Below, piece by piece: positions 1 through 9,715 of a DNA stretch of 64,000 nucleotides. Source of the stretch: a virus (taxonomy: Duplodnaviria > Caudoviricetes); IMG/VR virus record IMGVR_UViG_3300028833_000098, positions 1 to 64,000 of that record; one strand, written 5' to 3'. The notes beneath the pieces were generated by a model. It ran no database searches. It was given only the letters and a program-made list of their open reading frames with translations, and had not been told where the DNA came from. Position 1 is the first letter of the stretch. Every line of letters begins with the position of its first letter. Made by a program: the position numbers and the translations under genes.

Positions 1-636
1 TGAAGACGGATCAAGATCATCTCGAACCCAACGAAGATTTCGCGGTTTGAAATTTCTTCTGTCGCCGTCGATGAATTTGATTGTGCAGTGGATGGGGTTT
101 TCGATGGTGCTTTCAGAACGTATACCGAAAGCCTTTGTCACCATTACAGCGACCCTTATTACCGGGTCTGCCGCTGATTCAGGATATGTGTTCTTGTAGT
201 AGTACGACTTGGGAATCTTCAACCTCATATCCCCGGCAATCCATGTGGGGTACACAAGGCATTCCTTTTCGATATCCCATATGTCACCTTCGCTGGATAT
301 CATAAATCCTTTGAACATACGGTACTGCTGTGTGCCATCGTACTTTCTCCACTTCGCCGTTGGGTTTACAGTGACCCATGGATTTGATGCTGTTTCTGTA
401 GTAGTAGTATTTGCTATGGCATTATTATTCTCTGTTTCCGCTTTGGTTTCTTCAGCCATGGGAGCTGGAAGTTCCTCTTCTGTAAATAACGCTCTTACAT
501 TTATGAATGCTTTTGCGTATTCGGCTGAGAGGACTGGGAATAATGCCCCTATGTCGGATACGTTTATTCCCTTGATTGATTCATGAAGGGAATCAACAAG
601 ACCCTTCATTTTTATTGCTGAGCTAAAATTTTTCAT
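1..636 (-). CDS. NUMOD4/HNH-like protein, probably degenerate (3' end runs off the window)
   Basis: Not in the ORF track. ATG at 636 with RBS GAGGAGG; frame open to the window edge. Translation has WRKYDG..FKGFMISSEGDIWD (NUMOD4-like) and IKFIDGDRRNFKPRNLRWV (HNH_3-like). Confidence 0.7.
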   Translation of the reverse strand, partial: MKNFSSAIKMKGLVDSLHESIKGINVSDIGALFPVLSAEYAKAFINVRALFTEEELPAPMAEETKAETENNNAIANTTTTETASNPWVTVNPTAKWRKYDGTQQYRMFKGFMISSEGDIWDIEKECLVYPTWIAGDMRLKIPKSYYYKNTYPESAADPVIRVAVMVTKAFGIRSESTIENPIHCTIKFIDGDRRNFKPRNLRWVRDDLDPSS

Positions 637-671
637 TTCTTTCCTCCTCTTTTTTCTCTGAAAAATGATTG

Positions 672-697
672 TGGGGTATGTTTTTCAACATACCCCG
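672..697. terminator. hairpin, possible terminator
   Basis: GGGGTATG..CATACCCC inverted repeat. Confidence 0.45.
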
Positions 698-724
698 GGT
701 GTGATAGATAGACAAGAGTTATGA

Positions 725-859
725 TTACATGTACTCATTGAAGATTTTCTCCATGTCGTCCATGTCCATCTCGTCAACAGGCTTGAGAGAGCTCCAACAT
801 GTCGTGTTGGTAGCATCATTCTCATCGTCAGCGTATTGACAAATAATCTTGGTCAGCAT
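725..859 (-). CDS. small acidic hypothetical protein (44 aa)
   Basis: MLTKIICQYADDENDATNTTCWSSLKPVDEMDMDDMEKIFNEYM*; lies downstream of a TATATTAT motif on the minus strand; RBS spacing is imperfect. Confidence 0.5.
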   Translation of the reverse strand: MLTKIICQYADDENDATNTTCWSSLKPVDEMDMDDMEKIFNEYM

Positions 860-973
860 AGTTGTTTAATCCTATTTCACCTCCTGTTAAACAAAACACT
901 GACAAGGTTGGAGTTGAGTTGAGGCATGAGCAGTTGCTTATATTGTCATGAACGCTCGTTTCGTTTCTCTTGT

Positions 974-998
974 CATATTAATAATATATATTTGAAAA
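974..998 (-). promoter_or_regulatory. putative early promoter (TATATTAT core)
   Basis: Minus strand reads TTTTCAAATATATATTATTAATATGAC, matching the core of the repeated promoter motif. Confidence 0.55.
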
Positions 999-1023
999 TA
1001 GTTAATAATAAGGAGATGATACA

Positions 1024-2931
1024 ATGGCTTCTATAGCTAAAGACAAGGTATTGAAGGCTGATATAAAAGATATCGGAAAGACATTTATCGAGAACATGTT
1101 TGCCGGTTATCATGATAGAGAAACTGGACAATTTCATGATCCACCTTTTGTACCAACCGAAGTCATATCTTTAAAGAAAGAAGAATATGAATGGGTTGAT
1201 GGATCAATATCAACCACTGTGGGAATGTTGCTCTTCAACAGGTACATCCTTGAAAGAACCGGCATAATACAACATCTTGGTTATTGGAATAATCCAATAG
1301 ATAAAAAGGGCCTCGAAAAGTTAACTTCAGAAGTTAATAACCTGACAATTCAAAACATAATTACTATGCAACAGATGGGTGATTATATTGATTCTCGTGA
1401 TAGATTGGGTTTCTGGTGTGCAGCTTTCTTAGCGGTCGCAATATCACCATCACTAATCAGGCCAATGAACAATGTTAATCAACGTAAAGCCGAATTGTTC
1501 AAGCAGTATGAGAATGAGTTAAATTCAACCAATCCTGTTACTCAGACGATGACAGTTAATAAGATTGAAAAGGAACTCATGGGAATGGTTCGTGAAAATC
1601 TAAAGAATGATCCTGGATATGATCTGTATAGATCAGGCGATGGTAATCTTGATAATAACTATAAGACTATCAACGTTATGAGAGGATCTGTTTTCAATGA
1701 AGGTACAAAACGATACAACGTCGTTGAGAATTCATTGATGAATGGTATAACCAAAAAAGATATAACACCTTTTGCAAACTCTGTGTTGGCCGCAGCATAT
1801 CCTTCTGCAGTTGGTACAGCCGATGCAGGTTATATGGCTAAAATAATACTTGCACTGTTGCAATCAGAACACATTGATCCGAACCCCAATTCTGATTGTG
1901 GAACAACACAAACAATTCCACTCACAATAACACCGAAGAATACTAAATATGTTCTATTCAGATATATAAATGACAATGGTAAAAAGGTTCTGACTGATCT
2001 TCATAATATTCAAAATTATGTTGGTAAAACAGTACAGCTGTATTCTCCTCAGTGCTGCGAAAGAGATGCTATCTGCGGAAAGTGTGCAGGTACTGTATTC
2101 CATAACCTCGGTGTTAAAAATGTAGGTTTGCTTGTTACACAGATCACACAGAAACTGCTGAACATCAAACTCAAATCAAAACATGACCTGTCACAGAACG
2201 CGGGTATCATTCCCAAGGAATATATCTTCTTAGATAAAGAAGGATCATCTTCACTGTATACAATCAATAATGGTATACTAACAAACAAGGTTAAACTCAA
2301 ATTGTTTATACCACGTCTATTGGAAGAACTTGATGGATTTGTTAAAGAACCAACAAACATATCATGCATGGGAATATTCCCCGTCAAGTTCTATGATAAG
2401 GATGATAATGAAATATTATCAACAATGATGATTGTTCCTGCTGTATTGAATTTCAATATATATGACGACGTGCAAGAAGATCCTGATAGTTACATTGTAA
2501 CATATGAAGCAGGATCAGAAATATGTGCGTTGGCCATCCAAAAGACTGCTGTAAATGTAGAATATTTTATAAACCAGATATATCTATATTCAAAATCACC
2601 ACAGGTTCCATATAACCTCATGACAGAACTTATGTTCAGATGTCTGGAAATCAATGGAGTTGATCTTACTGGTCCTGCAATAACATATGAGTTATTGGCA
2701 CGAAGAGTATGCCGTCATGGTGATAAATCCTTTGCGTCAGTATATGGTAAAGGTGAAGCCAATCCAATGGGTTATGAAAAACAACGTTATCGTGAAGCAG
2801 TTCAACAGTCAGGTGTTCTACAAGCAATTCTGTTTGAGGATATCTCAACAGGTATGAACAAAGGTCTTGCACAGACGTTAAATGGTAAACAACCAACAAC
2901 AACACCACTTGAACAAATCATAAAAAGTTAA
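1024..2931 (+). CDS. phage multisubunit RNA polymerase, beta'-like C-terminal subunit (probably virion RNAP)
   Basis: TTVGMLLFN; bridge-helix-like AVGTADAGYMAK; DCGT; Zn site SPQCC..AICGKCAG; trigger-loop-like LLNIKLKSKH. No DFDGD, so beta' is split as in phiKZ/AR9-like phages. Confidence 0.88.
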   Translation: MASIAKDKVLKADIKDIGKTFIENMFAGYHDRETGQFHDPPFVPTEVISLKKEEYEWVDGSISTTVGMLLFNRYILERTGIIQHLGYWNNPIDKKGLEKLTSEVNNLTIQNIITMQQMGDYIDSRDRLGFWCAAFLAVAISPSLIRPMNNVNQRKAELFKQYENELNSTNPVTQTMTVNKIEKELMGMVRENLKNDPGYDLYRSGDGNLDNNYKTINVMRGSVFNEGTKRYNVVENSLMNGITKKDITPFANSVLAAAYPSAVGTADAGYMAKIILALLQSEHIDPNPNSDCGTTQTIPLTITPKNTKYVLFRYINDNGKKVLTDLHNIQNYVGKTVQLYSPQCCERDAICGKCAGTVFHNLGVKNVGLLVTQITQKLLNIKLKSKHDLSQNAGIIPKEYIFLDKEGSSSLYTINNGILTNKVKLKLFIPRLLEELDGFVKEPTNISCMGIFPVKFYDKDDNEILSTMMIVPAVLNFNIYDDVQEDPDSYIVTYEAGSEICALAIQKTAVNVEYFINQIYLYSKSPQVPYNLMTELMFRCLEINGVDLTGPAITYELLARRVCRHGDKSFASVYGKGEANPMGYEKQRYREAVQQSGVLQAILFEDISTGMNKGLAQTLNGKQPTTTPLEQIIKS

Positions 2932-2938
2932 AAAAAAA

Positions 2939-2962
2939 TATGGGGGCATTATGCCCCCATAT
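2939..2962. terminator. bidirectional intrinsic terminator
   Basis: TATGGGGGCA-TTA-TGCCCCCATA between convergent genes, with an A-tract on the left. Confidence 0.8.
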
Positions 2963-2964
2963 AA

Positions 2965-4218
2965 TTAAAAACCATAATCTTCTTCGTCTTCCATCTGTGC
3001 TTTATATTTAGCACGAAGAGCAGCTACTTTCTCCTGTTCTTCACGGAGCTGTCTTTCACGTTCAGCAATAGCTTTCTGTTCAGCAGCAACAAGTACATCA
3101 ATCTTGATGTCTTTACGTTTCTGAACATAACCAGCTTTGTCAATTATAAGCTGATCAATGATATTACGCTTGAACTGACAACCTGCTGCATGAACATGTC
3201 CTCCACCGGATATAAATCCGCATGAAGTCTCGAATTTCTTCTCCAACCATTTGATCAGTTCTGACACATCAGCTCCACCATTTTCCTTGGAGTAGAATGT
3301 GTAACTATATTTGACACCATCAAAACTGAACTTACATACAGCATCGCAGTGATCATATACTTCCTGGAAGATTGATGAATTTCCTTCCATACAATTGAGG
3401 AATGCTACCTGTGTACCATTGACGTTACCAAAGAATCCATTATTAAGATTCCTGGAATCAATTGAATTTCTGTAATTCACTACAGTAACACCATTGGTCA
3501 ACATGGTTGTCAGAACATCATTCTTCTGACGGACATCACCTTCATCAAGTAATTCAACCCATATTTGATTTAACGGATGTTTATCCTTTACGAGCTGAAA
3601 ACCTGCTGTGAAGAACTTTGTGTCAGGGATCTTATGCTTCCATATATCATTGTCATCGATCATTCTTACGACATCGGGAATACGTTCAACACTCTTATCA
3701 CTCACGATAAGTTTGTTGTATTTGGATATCGGCTGTCCTGCATCATTGACACGACAGCATGTGTTTCTGAGATCATCATCATCAAAATCAAACTTTGCAT
3801 TCATTGGTTCAAGCTGGTCTTCATAATTGAAAACATTTGCATAGATCCACGTGAGCATCGTTCCAGATATACCTTCTCTCATGAAGCATCTATAATACTT
3901 ATAAGAATCGAGCTCTGACTTATATGTATTATAAGTTTCTATTCCTGTATGGTGATGATCAATATGTAATACATATACACGGTTATCTTCACATGTACGA
4001 ATAAGATCAAGTGTTGCAGGATCAAGTGATAAATCCACTATGTAGACTATATCACCTTCCTGGAAATCAGGATATCTCTTATCGAGGTTTCCCTGATAAT
4101 TGTACTCGATAAAGCTCTCAGGTGTAAGCTGTTCCATTGGGCTAATGAGATACTGCTTTACCAAGAAAGCAGCACATCTACCGTCATCATCATTGTGATG
4201 AAATATATAACTTTTCAT
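2965..4218 (-). CDS. DHH/DHHA1-family phosphoesterase
   Basis: HHNDDDG, IVDLS, HIDHHHT, DDNDIW and GGGHVHAAG motifs; RBS AAGGAGG supports the ATG at 4218. Confidence 0.88.
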   Translation of the reverse strand: MKSYIFHHNDDDGRCAAFLVKQYLISPMEQLTPESFIEYNYQGNLDKRYPDFQEGDIVYIVDLSLDPATLDLIRTCEDNRVYVLHIDHHHTGIETYNTYKSELDSYKYYRCFMREGISGTMLTWIYANVFNYEDQLEPMNAKFDFDDDDLRNTCCRVNDAGQPISKYNKLIVSDKSVERIPDVVRMIDDNDIWKHKIPDTKFFTAGFQLVKDKHPLNQIWVELLDEGDVRQKNDVLTTMLTNGVTVVNYRNSIDSRNLNNGFFGNVNGTQVAFLNCMEGNSSIFQEVYDHCDAVCKFSFDGVKYSYTFYSKENGGADVSELIKWLEKKFETSCGFISGGGHVHAAGCQFKRNIIDQLIIDKAGYVQKRKDIKIDVLVAAEQKAIAERERQLREEQEKVAALRAKYKAQMEDEEDYGF

Positions 4219-4228
4219 TTCTTCCTCC

Positions 4229-5083
4229 TTAATTTTCAAGCAAACCTGATGGTGCTGACATCTCATCAGCAATTCTCAGTTCGCGTTCTGATGTTGTTTC
4301 GATCATATCTCTGATGTATCCGTTGAATACTATCTGAGCATCTCTTGCAGCGTCTGCCTCTGATTTTGCAATTGTATGTAATGATATAACTCCATCGAGC
4401 TCATCATCATCTTCATCATTAACAATCAGATATTCTGATGGATCAGCATCTTCTTCAATAATGTTAATGATTGTGACGGTGTTGTCAGGTTGGATATGTC
4501 CATATACCTTGTAGCTCTTATTTTCAGGAGAATCCTCATTTGCATCAGGAACAGGAACTTCATCCTTACCAAATACATCTTCCGTCATGAATGTCTCCGG
4601 TAATGTAAACATTGACTGCATTGACATAGAAACCAAGAAGTGGTTTATTGTCTTGGTAAATGACAATAAGTCGAATGCCATAAACTTTACCTTTTCGAGT
4701 GTGCTCAGGGTCGGATTGATCTCAGTATAGTTTGGCTTCATACCATAAGCAGTGAGTCTTTCCATGAATTCCTTATCGAGCATATCGATATATTTATCTC
4801 TCTCTTCAACAGGGAATTCGTTTATTATGAGAAGATTCCTCATTGCATTGATAAGAGATGTTTCCATTTCAGAAAATCCTGAAATGTTCTTAAGACGATT
4901 CTCACCCGAGAACAATTCTGCATTACCAGGATCAAAAGGGTCTATTGTGTATATTGCACCAGTACACGAATGTATTGGTATACACCCTGCATCAACCCTT
5001 TCCTGAATGCTTCCGTCCACCGGAACGTCGTTTGTGGTTTCTTCTCCGATTATCTGATCGAAGAGTTCTTTGTGCTCTGCCAT
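4229..5083 (-). CDS. hypothetical acidic protein
   Basis: Long ORF; RBS GGAGG before the ATG at 5083. Confidence 0.7.
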   Translation of the reverse strand: MAEHKELFDQIIGEETTNDVPVDGSIQERVDAGCIPIHSCTGAIYTIDPFDPGNAELFSGENRLKNISGFSEMETSLINAMRNLLIINEFPVEERDKYIDMLDKEFMERLTAYGMKPNYTEINPTLSTLEKVKFMAFDLLSFTKTINHFLVSMSMQSMFTLPETFMTEDVFGKDEVPVPDANEDSPENKSYKVYGHIQPDNTVTIINIIEEDADPSEYLIVNDEDDDELDGVISLHTIAKSEADAARDAQIVFNGYIRDMIETTSERELRIADEMSAPSGLLEN

Positions 5084-5261
5084 TGTTTTTACCTCCATTA
5101 AAAGATTTACTTTTTCTATATGAAGATATTCGTTTTAGAATATCATCAATGGTTTGTTTTGTATCATCATCAGATACCTGTTCATCTTCCGTTATCTCAA
5201 TACTGTCATCAGAAGGTTTCCTTTTATCCAAAGGATCAGGTTGTTCATATAGGATACACAT
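4992..5261 (-). CDS. small hypothetical protein (overlaps the next gene)
   Basis: RBS GGAGGTG before the ATG; 92-nt overlap with the downstream gene. Confidence 0.45.
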   Translation of the reverse strand: MCILYEQPDPLDKRKPSDDSIEITEDEQVSDDDTKQTIDDILKRISSYRKSKSFNGGKNNGRAQRTLRSDNRRRNHKRRSGGRKHSGKG

Positions 5262-5342
5262 AATTTGTCACCTCCACAAATTTGTAATGATCTGTTAGGT
5301 CATCATGTAAAATATATATGTATTTGAAAGGAGTTTTTTAAA

Positions 5343-5771
5343 ATGTTAGAATTCTCAATTATCACCATCAGTAGTTTTGTTACATTACTTGTCTCTATTA
5401 CACGTTATATAGGCAAGTTCTGTTTCAAGAAAGACATCAGTAGAGCGCTGCCCATATTCTCTATAGTGTTTGGTGTCACTCTTGGCATCTGTGGTTTCTA
5501 TACACCAAATGTAGAAATGGGGTCAAATCTGATAGAAGCTATCTTCATAGGTCTATCAGCTGGTGCTGCAGCAACCGGTATCAATCAGGTTGGTAAACAG
5601 CTCAACAAAAAAGACAAAGAGTATGAAACTCAGAATAGTGTCAACACAGCAATGTCCGTTTTAGGAGAATTCCTGGAGAGTATAAAAACGGATACAACTG
5701 ACATGGATGAATCAGAGTCTTTGCCCGAAGAAGAAAAAGAAACTGATATGGATTACAGTGAAAATGAATAA
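5343..5771 (+). CDS. holin (A118/Phage_holin_5_1-like)
   Basis: Three hydrophobic segments, GLSAGAAATGINQVGKQL motif, acidic tail. Confidence 0.8.
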   Translation: MLEFSIITISSFVTLLVSITRYIGKFCFKKDISRALPIFSIVFGVTLGICGFYTPNVEMGSNLIEAIFIGLSAGAAATGINQVGKQLNKKDKEYETQNSVNTAMSVLGEFLESIKTDTTDMDESESLPEEEKETDMDYSENE

Positions 5772-5777
5772 TGAATG

Positions 5778-5811
5778 AGATATTGCCGGGGCGTAATGCC
5801 CCGGTTATCTC
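5778..5811. terminator. bidirectional terminator
   Basis: GAGATA..CCGGGGCG-TAA-TGCCCCGG..TATCTC between convergent genes. Confidence 0.7.
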
Positions 5812-5824
5812 TGTTCAATTGTTT

Positions 5825-6079
5825 TTAGTGTATGTAAAATTTCAACTCCCCATTCTTATAGACCTTGAAGTCTTTGGAGAGTATGTCGGGATTAGAAAAT
5901 CCCTTTTTGATCGATTCCAGATAATCTGGATTTTTATATCCCATTAATATTTGTCTTTCGGTGCGAGACAACTTAATGGATTTGCCATCTTCTGCAGTTG
6001 CTTCGACTATCTTGTTCGATATGCCGTTGCTTATCTGCTCTTTTATTACCACTTCTTTTATTCTTACCTTCTTTTTCAT
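5825..6079 (-). CDS. small basic hypothetical protein
   Basis: ORF with RBS GGAGG. Confidence 0.65.
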   Translation of the reverse strand: MKKKVRIKEVVIKEQISNGISNKIVEATAEDGKSIKLSRTERQILMGYKNPDYLESIKKGFSNPDILSKDFKVYKNGELKFYIH

Positions 6080-6109
6080 TTAATCCTCCACCTTATTTGT
6101 TTTTATTGG

Positions 6110-7183
6110 TTAACGGAAATAATTGTAACGACCGTCACCCCAGAATGATGTATAGTGAGGGAAGTCGCCCTGATGCTCGAAATAGTATTCGACAGCATCT
6201 ATACAGCTCTGTGTAACATTGCTTCTGTAATATGGAACTGCATATGCAGGGTTGTACTGATATGGTGCTGTCAACACATTGTACACTGTGCTCGGCAGAC
6301 CATTTGTCCAGCCACCATCATAAACGCGGTTCATTACTGTTGCAACTACACAAGCTTTATCATACAGAGATACCCAATCAGAGCCGTATTCCTGAGCAAC
6401 TGTATTGCACAAATAAATACGCTCTTCATCTGTGATATACTGTAATGATGTCAAAGTCGGAGTAGGTATTTGATATGCTGTTACAATCTCTATATCAGGA
6501 TTGCATTCAGTGCAGTATCTACACTCTAAACCTTCTGTACTATGAATTTCATAACACTCATCATTGAACCAACGACATGTATTCCTGTGTACATAATGTG
6601 TACTTGGTTTATACACAACATACTCTCTGTTCTGTACTTCTGGTTCTGAAGTAGTTGTTGTAGTCTCTTCGGCTGATGTCTCTGTAACAGTCGTTGTCAC
6701 AGTTTCATCAGTAACATCTTCCACTGAAGATGCCTTTGTTGTGGTAGACTCAATCACAGTAGTAGTCTGCTTGGTTGTTGTTGATTCAACAGCCTTCTCT
6801 ACCTTAGGAGCTCTCTTAGGCTCTTTATTGGCAATTGAAGTTGTAGTAGTTACGATTGCCGGTGATACAATCGATGCCGTACCTGCTGTTGTTGTAGTGT
6901 TAAGTGTCGTCAACAAGGTCGTTGTTACTTTTCCCTTTGTTGTTGTAGCTCCAGTTGTCGTTGTTGTAACAACAGTTTCCGCAGAACTTGTCGTAGTCTC
7001 GGATACAACCTCCTCCTCAATAACTTCATTTGGGAAGTTATCATTATGCATATTAGAATAATATGCAACAACACCAGTAGAACAACCTACTGCGAAGAGG
7101 ATTCCTGCGGTTATACCAATATAACGCTTAGCATTCCTAAGCTTATTGATAATTGTCTCCTTGTTGATGTTTAATTTACTCAT
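6110..7183 (-). CDS. membrane-anchored cell wall hydrolase (SleB/Hydrolase_2-like) with Thr-rich linker and Cys/His Zn motif
   Basis: N-terminal TM segment; long T-rich linker; VHRNTC..CRYCTECNP; TVAQEYG..VATVMNRV..PSTVYNVLTAPYQY. Confidence 0.8.
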   Translation of the reverse strand: MSKLNINKETIINKLRNAKRYIGITAGILFAVGCSTGVVAYYSNMHNDNFPNEVIEEEVVSETTTSSAETVVTTTTTGATTTKGKVTTTLLTTLNTTTTAGTASIVSPAIVTTTTSIANKEPKRAPKVEKAVESTTTKQTTTVIESTTTKASSVEDVTDETVTTTVTETSAEETTTTTSEPEVQNREYVVYKPSTHYVHRNTCRWFNDECYEIHSTEGLECRYCTECNPDIEIVTAYQIPTPTLTSLQYITDEERIYLCNTVAQEYGSDWVSLYDKACVVATVMNRVYDGGWTNGLPSTVYNVLTAPYQYNPAYAVPYYRSNVTQSCIDAVEYYFEHQGDFPHYTSFWGDGRYNYFR

Positions 7184-7483
7184 TTTAAAACATTCCTTTC
7201 AATTGGATCTTTGCTGTTTACATATGAGGCATTGTAACTTCTATTAAAATTTACCTCATACTTGGACCATTAGGACCTTTCTTGTCATTTTTGTTTTTCA
7301 TTTCGTAAATTTACATACACACTTTGGAGGATTAATTGGTGTACTTAACTGATAGCTTACGCCATCTTTCCACCATATCTTATTGTTGTTCTGATCATGT
7401 TTTTATTTTCCAAACTCGAATGTAAATATTGCGTGGATCCGAGAACACACAGTATTACATCACAATGAAAGGAGTTTTATAAG

Positions 7484-7957
7484 ATGAACAAAGCCGAAGT
7501 AATAGCTATGATTATCAGTGCCGTATTGGGATCCGGTGGACTGGCATCAATCATCATAGCATTATTGAGCTTTAGAAAGTATAAAGCCGAAGCACAACTC
7601 ACAGAACAACAGGCGATAGATGCTCAAAAAGAATCTGAGCGTAAATCAAATGAATACATCACCTCTCAACTAAAAGAACTTACTGAACGTCACGCTGAAG
7701 AATCAGAGAAGTATCGTAAGAAAATTGAGGAAATGACGAATCAAAATGAAGATAAGATAAAAGAATTAACCGAGCAAATAAATTCATTAAACAATCGCGT
7801 CAACCAACTTATGAACTGGATCATTGTTGATAATAACGCTTACAGAACATGGCTCGAATGTGAGCTTCGTAAATTGAAGCCCGATATAAAGTTCCCAAAA
7901 TGTCGACCGGTACCGGGTTTTGAAGATTATGGGGATATTGTAGTTTCTGAAGATTAA
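7484..7957 (+). CDS. membrane-anchored coiled-coil protein (possible lysis accessory)
   Basis: N-terminal TM with LGSGGL, then a heptad-rich region; RBS AAAGGAG. Confidence 0.65.
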   Translation: MNKAEVIAMIISAVLGSGGLASIIIALLSFRKYKAEAQLTEQQAIDAQKESERKSNEYITSQLKELTERHAEESEKYRKKIEEMTNQNEDKIKELTEQINSLNNRVNQLMNWIIVDNNAYRTWLECELRKLKPDIKFPKCRPVPGFEDYGDIVVSED

Positions 7958-7962
7958 GTTTT

Positions 7963-7983
7963 GTGGGCGGGTTTCCCGCCCAT
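7963..7983. terminator. bidirectional terminator
   Basis: GTGGGCGGG-TTT-CCCGCCCAT. Confidence 0.75.
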
Positions 7984-8231
7984 TATCTTTTCCTTCGTTT
8001 TTCTTTTTGGGAAGCTTTATAAGCGTTGATTAAAGTGTTGCAAAAGACATACGATATTGATATCGTTACCAATAACGCAATCACACCAGCGAATATTATT
8101 GCAAATGGAGCCTCAACGAAATCCACGAATGCTCCATAAGCGTACATAATAATCATGGTTGCAACAAGCGAGTTTAATGTAGACAACATCATTACAGATG
8201 TCATCAATCTTGTCAATGTTTTGAATTTCAT
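7983..8231 (-). CDS. small two-TM membrane protein
   Basis: Hydrophobic ORF with a basic tail; TATATTAT motif upstream on the minus strand (8281-8300). Confidence 0.6.
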   Translation of the reverse strand: MKFKTLTRLMTSVMMLSTLNSLVATMIIMYAYGAFVDFVEAPFAIIFAGVIALLVTISISYVFCNTLINAYKASQKEKRRKR

Positions 8232-8314
8232 GTTTTCATATTCCTTTCATTTCTTTTTGCACAATATTGTTCTATCGTGCATATTAATAATATATTTATG
8301 GAATATTAGAAAAA

Positions 8315-8406
8315 TTTTTCTATGCTACCGGTTATTATTTTAACTTTCTACATATATATTATTACTATGATAAAAAATAAACCATTTACACCTTCATTAT
8401 TGAAGG
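8315..8406 (+). promoter_or_regulatory. repeated promoter/stem-loop cassette, copy 1
   Basis: TTTTCTATGCTACC..TTCTACATATATATTATTACTATGATAA..ATAAACCATTTA, then hairpin CCTTCA-TTAT-TGAAGG. Confidence 0.8.
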
Positions 8407-8422
8407 AGAAAGTGAGGACGTT

Positions 8423-8815
8423 ATGAATATGAGATTCGCAAAGCTTGCAAATCCTGATGATTTCTTCCGGGATGCAATGAATCAGGTTAAGAAATTTAGA
8501 TTTGCATATGACGGGTCTATACCCGATCTTTGGTCACCTCCCGGTATCCATATGGTGACCTGTAAACGAGACGCGGACAGGTGGTCGGTTGCCGCCACAC
8601 CAGACCGATTGGTATACAATTACAACAGTTCCGTAGGTAGTATCATCATAGATATCTCAATATTCGATTCACACAATAACAAGAAGATTATCCATTATGA
8701 CGAGTTCTTTAGCGAGAATTTAAATGGAGCAATTAATGAAGAACTCAAAAAACACGTCGAGTTCATGAAGGAGTTCTACGAAACAATCAAAGAAGGAGAT
8801 GACATCGAGGTATGA
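8423..8815 (+). CDS. hypothetical early protein
   Basis: First ORF after the promoter cassette. Confidence 0.7.
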   Translation: MNMRFAKLANPDDFFRDAMNQVKKFRFAYDGSIPDLWSPPGIHMVTCKRDADRWSVAATPDRLVYNYNSSVGSIIIDISIFDSHNNKKIIHYDEFFSENLNGAINEELKKHVEFMKEFYETIKEGDDIEV

Positions 8816-8991
8816 AGTATCGCTGTACATATGACGATGAGCTGAATAAGTTTATCGTTGAAGAAGACGATCCGAACTATGATGGTCCGGTAACAAATGT
8901 CAACGATGATATTTATGTATATCACGTTGAAGCTTCTTCTGTAGAAGAAGCAATAATGATGGCTGAATTTGAAAAGGCCATCGACGATTAA
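8812..8991 (+). CDS. small acidic hypothetical protein (59 aa)
   Basis: Not in the ORF track; MKYRCTYDDELNKFIVEEDDP..EKAIDD*; ATGA overlap with the upstream gene. Confidence 0.65.
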   Translation: MKYRCTYDDELNKFIVEEDDPNYDGPVTNVNDDIYVYHVEASSVEEAIMMAEFEKAIDD

Positions 8992-9009
8992 AGAAAGGAG
9001 GTGTCCTGT

Positions 9010-9435
9010 ATGAGAAAGGACGCTAGATACATTGCAAAGATGGTTGTCCTTGCACAGGACGCCTCTGACGCCGGCAAGGGCTTGGGTATATTGAACATGA
9101 AGATGTCTGATCGATTTACCCAGTATACTGGATACTATGCCAAGAATAAGTATATCGCTTTGGCATTAAAAAGAATATCAACATGCAAGCCTTGTGGGTG
9201 GAATTTTTATGTAAACAAGGAAGATGATCAGAACGGATACCCTTCCGTTCTGACATACTTCCAGTACAAGGATGAAGATGGAAACAGATATGACATCTGT
9301 TTCCATACACCGTTGAGTCAGGCAGAGAATTCCTTTGCTGAATTCATCGGTAAGGGTCGGAAGACACATTGGAATGGCAAGATCGGTGGAGCTCGCCGAG
9401 ATTGTCAGAAACTGGTAGAGCTCTTCGATTTATAA
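9010..9435 (+). CDS. hypothetical early protein
   Basis: RBS AAAGGAGG before the ATG at 9010. Confidence 0.7.
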   Translation: MRKDARYIAKMVVLAQDASDAGKGLGILNMKMSDRFTQYTGYYAKNKYIALALKRISTCKPCGWNFYVNKEDDQNGYPSVLTYFQYKDEDGNRYDICFHTPLSQAENSFAEFIGKGRKTHWNGKIGGARRDCQKLVELFDL

Positions 9436-9681
9436 GAAAGGAAAAGGTGATTATTGCGATGCACATTTGTTGAGGAAGCTGAACCTCGTTAAAGAACAGC
9501 GATTGTCCAGTATCATCAAACGACCATAAGACAAATGGGAGTTTGAATATATTGGAAGGTCTATCTGGTGACGATCGGAGTAATAGACCGCGGGGTAACT
9601 ATCCCTATGATTTTACTGGTTTAAGGATTGTGACGACAAATCTATTCCGAAAAAGGAGTGAGACCAATGACTATAGATAAA

Positions 9682-9715
9682 AAATAAGCCCGCATAACCG
9701 CGGGCTTATTTTTTT
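9682..9715. terminator. bidirectional terminator
   Basis: AAAATAAGCCCGC-ATAACC-GCGGGCTTATTTT. Confidence 0.85.

Noticed and set aside
81-586. Plus-strand ORFs 81-305 and 209-586
   Set aside because: Antisense to a minus-strand gene (1-636) that has a good RBS and recognisable motifs.
9436-9681. Possible pseudogene or small ORF after the 9010 gene
   Set aside because: Only short, stop-interrupted frames and one weak 45-codon TTG ORF; no recognisable homology or convincing structure.
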